This document shows positions 49,801 through 56,500 of a stretch of 64,000 nt of DNA, piece after piece. Below the pieces are notes generated by a model that saw nothing but the letters and a program-made list of their open reading frames with translations, was not told the origin of the DNA and searched no databases. The stretch comes from Candidatus Omnitrophota bacterium (GTDB lineage: Bacteria; Omnitrophota; Gorgyraeia; Tantalellales; Tantalellaceae). A program made the position numbers and the translations under genes. The first letter of the stretch is position 1, and the number at the start of each line of letters is the position of its first letter. The DNA lies in the NCBI GenBank assembly GCA_015231405.1, contig JADGBR010000003.1:93549-157548 (forward strand), in the 5' to 3' direction.

Positions 49801-52800
49801 TTTACGATGAATCCCGAGGATTACGAAGGCGGAAGGGATATCATCCCACAGCCTGTCAAGGAGGATATATTCAATATATGGGCCCCGTCGGAGTATCCGG
49901 ACCCGGAGCTTACGGCGATCGTCAACGAGTTCTTCGACGGGTATAGCGTTCTTGATAATATTAAGGAGGAAAAAAAGAAGGAAGAGATAGAAGGCATGGA
50001 TCTGGACGAGAGGATGCTCCGGCTTTTCAAATACTTGCGCCATGGCTACGCTCTTACGACCATAGAGGATATCGTCGCCTCTATAGAAGAGAAAGGTTTT
50101 AAGGCCGCGCTTATGGAATATCTCGCTGTAAAGCCGGCGGACGATACTAGAGAGGCTAAAAAAGCGGCAAGGAAAGAGGCCAAGGCGCGAAGAATAGAGC
50201 TCAAATCTATCGAGAAAGAAATGCTGGAACGCGGCGAGGTCAAAACGAAGATGGACAAAATAAGGTTCCTCGTCAAATCCTCATGGGATATTCAGAAAGA
50301 CTTGAACGACGAGGACGAGGTCGAGATAAAATTCAGTCTATTCACGTGGTGGAGCACGACGGTCGTGGAAAGGACGCGCGCCGGAGGGAGGGTTAAGGTC
50401 CGGGTAATTTATGTGCCTTTATATGAGCTTGTGAAGAGGAAGGGCGAGCCGGGAGCCGCACCAAAAGAGAAAAGCGAGGGGGTCATTGCCGCGGTTATTC
50501 TTCACGAGTTCAGGCACAAACTGTACTCACCCAGGTCCGAAGAATATCGGGATGAGATCAAACCGTTGTTGGAGGGGTCTCTTACCCCCGAAGAAATGGA
50601 GTTTTTCGCAAATCTTACCCGAGAGAAACAGAAGATCGACGGCGAGTTCATGGGGTTTGATAACCTGATCGAGGATATAAGGATAAATAACATAGAGAAC
50701 CCGAGACTGAAAGGGGAAAAAAGGCTTTTTAACGCGCTCTTGGAACATCAGTACGGGAATATCCTTGTTCCGGAGCCGGATATGCTCCCGAATATATTTG
50801 AGCGGGCGCAAATGGCGCCGCATACATTACTGCACGATGATCTTCTCGCCTATGGCGCTTTCGGACGGCACAGCTGGTATTTTGATTCGCTTCCGGACGA
50901 GCTAAGGGAGGATATAAGGAGCTTGACCGACGGCCCGGATTCTCCGGTTTACAGGGCTACACTCCATAGATCGGTAAAACCGGATCTCACAGGCGTCAAA
51001 AGTCACTTCGATATGAAAAAAGAAAAACTGAGAGCCGAGGCTGAACGGATCAAAGTTTTTCTTAAGGAGATAAACCCGGTTTTCCAGAAATGGCTTAAAA
51101 GAGCCGCGGAGGCCCCCAAAGATGGAGAAGCCGGCAAGGGAGGCGCGGGCGGAGCCCAGGGAGTGCCTTCGTTCATAGACCTCCCTCCGGAGTTCGCGGA
51201 TATGTTCGATAAGCCTGAAGGCGGCGAGGGAGAGGAAGGGTCAGAAGGCGGATCCAGCGTGAATATCGTGGGTGAGGATGGATCCCGGGAGGAATTAGGT
51301 GAGGGTGATGGGGAGGGGGCCGAAGAAGGCGAAGCGGATGGAACGGAAACCCCCGGAGGAATAGAAGAAGCTACTCCTTCCGCCGGTAACCCTGACCATA
51401 CTGAAGAAGGTGAAAAAGCCTCGGGCTCCGCAAAGCCGCCGCTACCCGGTGAAGGCGGCGAGGAGCCTTCGAGAGGCGACAAGTTCGACAAGAGCGTTAA
51501 GGATATCGAGAAGAAAAGGAAGGAAGAGCTTAAACAGGAGCCTTTCAACGAGCGTTTGACGGAAGTGAGTGAGGTGGCGAAAAGGCTGGCCAAAGGGTTT
51601 ATAAATATTTTCCGCGTGCCGGGCGAGCCGGATGTTGAGGAGACCCCCTTCGGCCGCATTATAAACGCCGTGCGTTATATCATCGGCAGCAATGTTCCGT
51701 TCGACGAAGACGCCGATACTTTGGGCGCGCCCGACCTCGCGTTCGGCATGACTATCGACGCGAGCGGAAGCATGGTAGACGCTTACCCGGCGCTTAAACG
51801 CCTGAGCGCTATACTCTTATCCGCTTTTCAGCAGATAGGTAATAAGGCGGAACTGTCCATCACGATGGATAATAAGGAAGTATCGACCATAAAAAGTTTC
51901 AGCCAGAAATTCAAGCAGGAACACCTTAACGCCATGCAGACAAAAATAGAGGATAAAATAGGGGAGGGCGGTAACGGCATACATCTCTACGACACGATGA
52001 TGGAGATAATCAATAAGTATAAAGGGTGCAGGAAGAATAATAAGCTGGAGGTGATATTTACCGACGCGGGCGATACGGGTAAGGATCTGTACCTGGATCG
52101 TGGCGGGAAATTGTGCTGCACCGAAAGGCTGGACGAAGCTTTCAAAAAAGCGAAAAGCATGGGGATAACTATTATCGGCGTAGGTTTTGGCGACAGTTAT
52201 GTCGAGGTTTTTGATAGTTACCTTAACCTCAATAAGGACAATGTCGACGCCATAGTCGGCGCGATGCTATCCATAGGGAGCGTCAAAGCCAAAACCGGTA
52301 AAGTCCCGTCGGGTGACCTTTCGGAAGTACTTGACCTCGGGAAAAGCGGGACTTTGAAAAGCGGGGCATCCGGGAGATCAAGGCTTTCGGGGGAAAGGAA
52401 ATATACGGTCGTAAAGATGAGCGAAGCGCCGAAAGCGAATAATTTATCCGAAACTCGTAACTTATCGACGACTGTCTCCCCGCGGACAAAGGCTATGTCC
52501 GAACTATGGAAGAACATGACAAGGGATATAGTCATCCTTCCCGAGACCGAACTTTACACTTCCGACGAAATGGGCGCGAGGAAAAACGCTAGAGTACTCG
52601 ATAAAAAATACGCTCAGACCACCGTTACGTTCGGGTACGCCTATAACGGTGATTGGAAAAATAACCTGAAGGGCGTAATGGAGAAAGCAAAAGAACAGCT
52701 ATCCGGAGACCTCGCGAAGGGTGATTCCAAGACCAGGGCGATAGTGTATGTGCCGGAAGAGGCTGACGGTGATCTCATGGAAGCCATGTTCGGCGAGCTG

Positions 52801-53139
52801 GAGATCGGAGAAACGCTTAAGGAAAGAATTACCGTCGTCAGGGAAAGAAACCTTGAGAATGATATCCCCATCGAGGTCGCGCGGCATATAACCCTCGGCA
52901 AGGTCCTCCTTAACTATGAAAGGTTCAGAAAAAAAGATTTCGATATAGAGATGAACGCCGGAGAAATATCCGCCCTTATAGGCATGGTGAGAGACGCTGT
53001 AAAAGGTCACGGGAATATAACTCTCGCCTTCGTAGAGGAACTAGTTAAAGGCCTCGCCGTATTTGAGGCTGAAAAGTTCGCCTTCACGACAATAACCGAC
53101 TGGAAAGCGCGCGAAGAGAAGTTCATTAAGTCGGTGTAA
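37825..53139 (+). CDS. Giant (~5,100 aa) midasin/Rea1-like multi-AAA+ protein with WD40-like propellers and C-terminal VWA/MIDAS domain
   Basis: Uninterrupted 15.3-kb ORF with signal-like N-terminus. Walker A at 41872, 44182 and 49462; three degenerate AAA modules; HEFRH at 50503; G/E-rich linker ~51120-51480; DASGS MIDAS at 51757. Start could be GTG 37801. Confidence 0.85.
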   Translation: MNNFNKQLILRIISLSTAIVFLFQSTVYGEAPAITERSIEKIIIPGELASVKSSSFTGGGDIIVHIQDAHCDLNGQLAISKILEYLEKRYALKDIYLEGGSGGYDLSIFKSIADTGVRRQVSEKFLAMGEISAAEYYAVNADIAPLLQGVEDPELYIRNLDVYRGSKLYRDKALEIVNAAGKRLDELKTRIMGKELLELETKYAAYSNDSLKIRDYLAYLFVAAAKTGCDIGGLPEGISRLKSVLDSEEKVNFGKAEIDREKLLGILLARLPETRKEDLVRMVVAFKRGEISGAEFYGYLTKRAEESGVDVSSQMKDLVAYAGYVRDYAEIDRSSIMDGIEALKTAISEKFITRDEERTLIRLDEGFGMIKKIFNFSVTSSEYKKALSMDIAEMYGELEALNGKGENSVDAPELKDYFDRIKPFYEHSLRRDEVFIGNIPSGNKGSAPRVIALVTGGFHSENLYELFKKRGFSYISVIPEFSISEGENRYFDILSGEQCGLSKRISAAVSSLQVASKLNLGLGTKIWGERGIEDFEAALYTEALAESGYRVEITDESTGEVVFSNGDEKNTLIKIGKNRFLSDVHQEFIDKVMTEDEKNYRDLNPMERSAAERAVRDIIAIMPDTTTQDRSARSSVEGLLGVKALTGKEGIRVSLKLEESRRDGHAGGWGIRIREELTDEDAVYKVIRHEILAGLLRNHSMVGAVEGFMDTDETQSARAFMADAENRHEGMNALWDIEDNARHNIERDHSTKGGEKEIKDEDVREILAERKFLEPSEREELVRFIMGFHKDYDKYLSVMRSNSPDPARYKISIREIKRFAVEVERIFKKVLSEKETRVEALSVARGQSLFNVYLDFVAGDEIVEANRRTGYKFPDVELGVWSQNLITSYGAADRYYVDGLARKGEQFDTNIFQNTERKLGYALESGMPSLFIKNDNSLGAFEQALSKYVSENNAELHSMQCTPYSDTTQLLGGYVPRERVNKGEAYKIIEGIIGDDAEIRGILEKLLSREPLDKEIRDFKELYAKKEADGLIIAAAMVKKNPDNWRKKLVYEKGLLARIIEKCNKEGGKTFILNLENVEALPGRVRAQLNTFLLNGEMRVPGADSEEMRKLVMPSNLRIIATMGEGSVLEDGAFYDRFVRKSVGECDPGDLREAIERDYPGFPESVVKLLIITYHKFREKGIECTARDFLNISGYVYGRAKNGSVQKMFKAAVEEIIGYFTVRDENRYSFTDYAVEIEAAAENSFDANFLRKVGPSIREMDPFEIKIEYSKGRKELVVNGIGLPVRKEMGSAMQGVIDAMNKASEGLPEELAIKQALVDELDFVLTKDSKKMLWAVARAYKYGNGFVCLEGVTGAGKTYTAEMLSKLIDFKRPQGESRFYSEPVDAQTKISRYVGMFRTDEYGYYSLDKTTPFLDIIENGGVAAISEMNTAVKDDYAKLGWWFNQFARGDEVISLTEYPGYGPLGAMSRTVKRNPRCIVIVDINPEDYEARGKLPEELRSYAQRVSVSKTENKDDLEFAAWAFLKQITDDRKRWAIAKQLALYHQALEAEVIAANGRGERHPPLSFRELKRICKGVNNDSDVFAAIKDVRALIGKYYIPAFRSKEKQAELRDQFGIKDYSPEKVVEELILAPAGERSPPAMVFTSAEDDPMAELDTITKDKDMVTVEKTLITLFIDEFKLLGGYVPVSNDLTPEKAAERIGVYSKEAPENIGYLGELFQEIAQKPLPADLEQLTHPEVLSLAAALDSLRNGRDWREKLRWERGIIPRLMKEARENPTRTYILALENFHRIRPGVAVALNSILQEGEYYDPVSKKKETVPPNLRFYATAIEEAELPISMAEESRWVRIHKGMKTQGEKKSELIEYARKLVLEKINAGELQFVGNYSPIGFTRSEQALTVSETIVSSIGDEFLELFNVPQHKEYIDSVINQAFSEGPVTTSERWIYAQRMSKYLVYGAAMKASDKAEHFEKGKPSLCPRLSEKDQDINLYAIKMSKRRMEWRIYAEFIELFDRNFFDYISEIKDMMSMPDILACVDGIIEEYAEYHESLKPGMVIGNYDLLQKISLRQINKYISRNCFDNNLADKTPMAGSTANLLEEVDELVEIEAATFQAFKNGKVVIYEGAPGGGKTDMGIDVANRMGLKNFVYSCHGRVHSSDLLGGFRQDKRGNFIFTGEPDDAGNFKYNPFLQMLTHGGVFIFDEGAIGKRSQELLSLLSGIARGDKDFFVNELPGKPARKLEVHKDFHIIITMNPAEDTPGREPLPLELYNHARRIWVPGKMSEESYRKIITRFFKDACARNKVNPEDIFASNEKSRKMFSDLITEIHFIINEMVGESVSLEESTNLHLLTLRDMKKLVKDFVKLYAAGVDKTEALRLAIRTEYLSQFDARSDRNLIKLRLDGTFLGAGKKEMADQFQTEKIYLGTVISTMGKPVDPETLKLIDRKRQKQGELQTPGMRTEKPLSPFEPGNVARLPGDVLKKPARFAKDWREINGDPGIDQGRERGTVEVAEEKSLALFDRFSPTDGEAVYWKETAKDRIATPQTVVPLEGPGELPADLDTRMAFEQKAFTYSETVPEIIAGKLGEGKGVMNALYSEWSITELYKTLKIGDKRVTGIEVIEIGGEECLVTSAGKAVQVWRKTPSGWDVTTLLGSTRGINVLRTIKRGGKTCIVTGSVSGLVMMWEPDGGGWKATRLYGYAGNDVTALAVMRRVVDGEEKECLVTGGSDGKIYLYEEGKDGWGYTCFKVGSEPILSLEVMKFKDKGNSIVAAGGYGTVKALYSPGGNDWAGEYVFSERWSTGSFICPDKTENGTFFTSGYVDNVTDMSGVWRFEPGATDNAGVIYDAHAKGAVRDMKGFGLNGENMYVSAGLDGRIILWKEAKEKPASGEQPSLMPINVLFEKEDVKFNKLLVTDIEIGGKSRKCVLAGTTTGEVMIFNLEQEKYIEENKRRLAPEDPEAALPVPEKPELPYGLGEEAIFRPTEFADAGRIFDREITGDEIDAMSAGLVAKAGRMVSKEVPSRSVTGGADMPRQKDIACYKTDEFEDALGAPVEEKASFSDMPDDMEGLMDGEKYFMYIERNKYADVLKNTTFRQKDKRLSELINKIDLKCKVSGIKVFKVGSKECIAYSDYNGWLRIIDFSTGTVLNIKANSSIICGIYSMEILQHGDETVIVTSGEKNKLRRWSMTEKGLTEGKVTVRSMDIYTGEIPIRKMRKGGKECIVVCGRDNTIMIIEEFVQEDNAGRVVDKIKRTILASRNWQLNRFSVLEELDGNDSIVASHSTHTGQPDGADALCLWSNTGDGWDMKMIEPVDGSGNEVKRQNDVPFIEGEECQLLDTISLSGGGNNLIVTAPKDPGNEILAKHLRIYKMDGKSGWEVMNLYGVFEGYTAPSGRDLIGKVQNVKTVKAGGRSYVLINDILQNLRVCDFASNTVRILEIVDEDQLHWNSIVGAEGMETGGLLVTCSNGGELKFWDLNLQDKIKYEKVAVAAAKSGSGEGDAFPSPSDEAYPEIELPEEPAINETRLALKLSGRVLLIAQPGAREKVIVDESAKREGIKDVYSIEGSPSLTVFDMFGGLFPLLEGEERPSGEDLVFKKGFFTRHMITEEEYLRDYGEDDEPRLLVIHNIDAVPEKVRAAVNNLLLNGFIEIPGEGENGRLYLPENIKIIATINANSQRDFSSAFPNRFTRVNASEMETSPYWLSQFVQYVMRVYGFDNELAGSIEMVHCMIKRLEDGGSFWPSGYVYGFTVKDALTAAKFISLGLKERAMLGQAVTKKDETEIAVREIIRAYGLRLKQSDKDYDNFVDLILKRIFDHDKDMVDAVSGEIRISGGKLSSISDIPVNPTQKGKHPYAIDKNYRLTMVKSIVRTISGVLRGFQAGKIVSLTGETGVAKTTIGVALAESLGMDSYVFSMHKDVKSYDFTAGIRATDAGQYRLDLSDFAEKLKSGNTVLVVDEANIKPEILWILSGIARGERKFSIEVPGEKPIEFRLGDNIYILFTMNPEDYEGGRDIIPQPVKEDIFNIWAPSEYPDPELTAIVNEFFDGYSVLDNIKEEKKKEEIEGMDLDERMLRLFKYLRHGYALTTIEDIVASIEEKGFKAALMEYLAVKPADDTREAKKAARKEAKARRIELKSIEKEMLERGEVKTKMDKIRFLVKSSWDIQKDLNDEDEVEIKFSLFTWWSTTVVERTRAGGRVKVRVIYVPLYELVKRKGEPGAAPKEKSEGVIAAVILHEFRHKLYSPRSEEYRDEIKPLLEGSLTPEEMEFFANLTREKQKIDGEFMGFDNLIEDIRINNIENPRLKGEKRLFNALLEHQYGNILVPEPDMLPNIFERAQMAPHTLLHDDLLAYGAFGRHSWYFDSLPDELREDIRSLTDGPDSPVYRATLHRSVKPDLTGVKSHFDMKKEKLRAEAERIKVFLKEINPVFQKWLKRAAEAPKDGEAGKGGAGGAQGVPSFIDLPPEFADMFDKPEGGEGEEGSEGGSSVNIVGEDGSREELGEGDGEGAEEGEADGTETPGGIEEATPSAGNPDHTEEGEKASGSAKPPLPGEGGEEPSRGDKFDKSVKDIEKKRKEELKQEPFNERLTEVSEVAKRLAKGFINIFRVPGEPDVEETPFGRIINAVRYIIGSNVPFDEDADTLGAPDLAFGMTIDASGSMVDAYPALKRLSAILLSAFQQIGNKAELSITMDNKEVSTIKSFSQKFKQEHLNAMQTKIEDKIGEGGNGIHLYDTMMEIINKYKGCRKNNKLEVIFTDAGDTGKDLYLDRGGKLCCTERLDEAFKKAKSMGITIIGVGFGDSYVEVFDSYLNLNKDNVDAIVGAMLSIGSVKAKTGKVPSGDLSEVLDLGKSGTLKSGASGRSRLSGERKYTVVKMSEAPKANNLSETRNLSTTVSPRTKAMSELWKNMTRDIVILPETELYTSDEMGARKNARVLDKKYAQTTVTFGYAYNGDWKNNLKGVMEKAKEQLSGDLAKGDSKTRAIVYVPEEADGDLMEAMFGELEIGETLKERITVVRERNLENDIPIEVARHITLGKVLLNYERFRKKDFDIEMNAGEISALIGMVRDAVKGHGNITLAFVEELVKGLAVFEAEKFAFTTITDWKAREEKFIKSV

Positions 53140-53147
53140 CGACGGGA

Positions 53148-53175
53148 CTGTGGACCCTAGACTATGGACCATGGA
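53148..53175. repeat. CCATGGA-type heptamer x4
   Basis: CTGTGGA CCCTAGA CTATGGA CCATGGA. Confidence 0.65.
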
Positions 53176-53222
53176 CAATAGTCCGGCGTCCGGGTCAGCC
53201 GACCCGATCGCGGCAAGACTTA

Positions 53223-53486
53223 CAATAACGGTTTTGGACAAACTGGCCGTAGAAACGAAGGCACGAAGTGCCCGTGGACAAAGGCCCGTCAAAGCGAAGG
53301 TACGAATTGCCTGTGAACAAATTGGACGTCATTGCGAGGGCACGCCTGCCTGCCGGCAGGCAGGAAGTGCCCGAAGCAATCTCTGTAAAAATAGCAATTC
53401 ACAGGGATTGCTTCGTCGTTCACTCCTTCGTCGCTCACTCCTCGCAATGACGGATCAAGCTAATATTTGAATTATGACACAGTCTG
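53223..53486 (-). mobile_element. MITE copy D, inverted, with degenerate/duplicated end and a 20-bp palindrome insert
   Basis: Reverse complement of copies A-C ending ATTATGACACAGTCTG; CCTGCCTGCCGGCAGGCAGG inserted at 53345-53364. Confidence 0.8.
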
Positions 53487-53512
53487 CTCGCGGGAATGAC
53501 ACCCTTTTCTCT

Positions 53513-53538
53513 CAATGTGGCGGTAGAAGGTTCCCATC
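53513..53538 (+). repeat. Left copy of 26-bp direct repeat
   Basis: CAATGTGGCGGTAGAAGGTTCCCATC; 24/26 identical to 59068-59093. Confidence 0.85.
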
Positions 53539-53593
53539 ATTATCATCGCTAATTTGCTTTTCCCGGAAAATGCGTATATATTTGCCTTAGTTA

Positions 53594-56500
53594 ATGAGAA
53601 ACTTCGCTATACTACTGTTAATATCCTTCATTATCCTCGCAGCGTCGAGCGTGTCGTTCTCTGCCGAAGAATTAAAAACCGTTGAGTTGTACGGCGTCCA
53701 GGGTGACGTGCAGATATTCAAATCGGAGGATCAGACCTGGCACCCCGGGAGTTTGGGGATGAAGCTCATGCCGGGGTATAAGATAAAGACATTAGCCGAC
53801 TCTTACGCCGAGATATCCTTTGACCCAGAAAAAAAAGCGCGTATGCGCGTTGACCCCAATAGTGATCTTGTTGTGACTTTGGACAATGACCAGAAAGTTT
53901 TTCTCATGAACGGCGCGGTATTCACTAAGATCATGAAACTTGAACCCGGCCGTAAGTTTGAAGTGAGAACGCCGACAGCCGCGATAGGCGCACGCGGGAC
54001 AGGGTGGGGCACGGAGACTAACGGCGAGTGGACTAAGGCTGAGGCTTTTGAGAACGATATCTATATACGCGGCGTTGATGAGTCAGGCGAGCCCGGTGAG
54101 GAAGAAACGACGCTCAGCGAAGGCGATAAGATGACCGTCGACGAGGGCGGAGAGTTTTCAGAACCCGAAAAAATGACGGAAGAGGACGCCGCCCGCTGGG
54201 ACCAGGGGCGCGAGGACTTTGTCGGTGAAACGGTAAAGGAATTCCTGGAGACGTCCGGCGAAGAGGAAGGCGAGGAAAAGAAAGAGGAAGAGGAGGAAAA
54301 GGCGGCAGAAGAAGAAAAGGCTCCGGAAGAGGAAAAACCGGCCGAGAATGAAAAATCGGCTGAGGAGCAAAAAGGAGAGGATGAAGGCGCTTCTGACGAT
54401 AAAGGCGGATATGAAGGCGACGGTTCGAGCGATACGGGAGGTTTCGGCGATATAACGAACGACGATCCGAATAACTATAAGCCCGATGACGGTACAAATG
54501 ACAACGGCGGGGATAACGGTGGCGGGAGTCAGGTAACTGAATATTACGCCTACATATGCAATGCCAGCGACGTTATTGCCGTGAATTTATCGAACAGTTA
54601 TTCTACTGTAGGGCGGGTAAGCGGTCTTGCTAACCCGTCAGGAATAGTTGCGAATCCAACAGGTGATAAGGTGTGGTTCGTGGATACCAGTGGCGTTAAA
54701 ATCGTTGATAGAGCACAATTTGATAATGGTCATAAAACGAGTGTTGCCTTAACCAATGCTCGAAACATCGCGTTTTATCAAAGCGATGTCTATGTTGCAG
54801 TATATGAACCCGACCCTACTTCTACAGGGATCGATATCGCGAAAGTGGATGCTAATAGTACGATTCCATTGGCAACCCCGTTTGTCCAGCAAGAGCGGTT
54901 GCGGAACGCATCTGGGATCGCAGTTAATTCGGATGGAACATTTATTTATGCTTTGGGAACGGATAAAGATAATATGAATAAGCCGGCATTGTTCAAATTG
55001 GCTCGCGATACAGGGTCTATTCAGTCGACATCCGCGTCGTTGGCAACAGCTACTCCGTTTGATCTTGCTTATGTGCCCGGAAGCGAGCGTATTCTTGTGA
55101 CCTCCGAGCCTACAACCGGTGTAGGGATGGGTGGGTATCTGGATATTTTCGACAAGGATTGTTCCCCCGTATCCATTAATATCCAGGTTTCCGCTGTTGC
55201 CAATAATGGTCGGCGGGCCATAGCGATATCACCTGATGAAAAATTCGCCTATGTCGCGAGTGTGGATGATAATTCAGTTGCGCTTGTTGACTTAAGCGAT
55301 AACAGTATGATTAAATTAAAAGATCCTAATTATTACCAGTTCAATGCCCCTTCTGGTGTAGCGGTGCTTCCGGATGATAGTGGAAGTAAGATCTATGTGA
55401 CAAACAGCGGGAACAATACGATCACGGTTATCGATAGAACCGGTGATATTCACACTCAGGAAACAATTATTGATTTAGTGACCATCCCGGGATTGAGTTC
55501 TCCCGGTGACATATGCGTAGTTAAAGTGGCGACAACTCAGACCATCACCAAAACCTGCAACAAAAAACAAGCGAGCGTCGGAGATATCCTGACCTATACG
55601 CTTGACGTCCATAATGGTGAGGCGCAGTCCATGTCGAACGTTGTGGTCGCTGACGTAATGCCGGGGGCGTTCACATACATACAAGGCAGCGCTTTCGACC
55701 AGGACAGGAACGCTATACAGACTATGGTCGAAGGGAATAAACTTACCTTCAAGATCAACAGCCTCGCCGTCGGAGAACGCCAGTTCATTAAATACTCCGT
55801 GGTTGTCAATCCGGGCGTTATAGAAGGTGACTATGTCAATACCGCGTCAGCCTCCTCCACTCTCGCTAACGGGACAGCCTATAACTTCAACGTTTCAAAA
55901 TGCAGGGTCACTATCATTCCCGATCCACTGTTCGACGAAGGCACGATAATGGGCAAGGTGTTCTCGGACGGAAACGGTAACGGCGTCCAGGATAAAGGCG
56001 AGAAAGGCCTGCCGTTCGTAAGGCTTATGATGGAGGACGGTACGGCGGTCGTGACGGATAAATACGGTAAATACCATATCCCGGCGGTATACCCGACGAC
56101 GCATTTACTGAAAATTGACAAGAGTACTCTGCCGACAAACTCGGTCGTTACGACAGAATCGACGAGGACCATAAGGATGACCAATGGTCTCCTCGCTAAA
56201 GAGAGTTTCGGCGTTAAAGTTAACGAGAATACGCCAGGCGTAATTATCCCCATGCCGTCGAGGCCATTGGCGCCGAGAGAGGATAATCCCCTCCCTGGCT
56301 TATTCGAAAAATTCTCGATGGTGGCTTTGACTGAAGGCGAGGCTGTGGGATATCGTACTGAAGACGCCGCGGAGACATTAAAGAACGACGGCCGTTTCAA
56401 GAACATGGTCCATTATGACGGCCGTCTGGCGTATAACCTGGACGCGGTGGTGAAAGGCGATTACAAGGTGACGTCGTCCCTTGATACCGAAAGGAAGAAT

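Noticed and set aside
53150-53470. 106-aa ORF after the giant gene
   Set aside because: Composed almost entirely of heptamer and MITE sequence.
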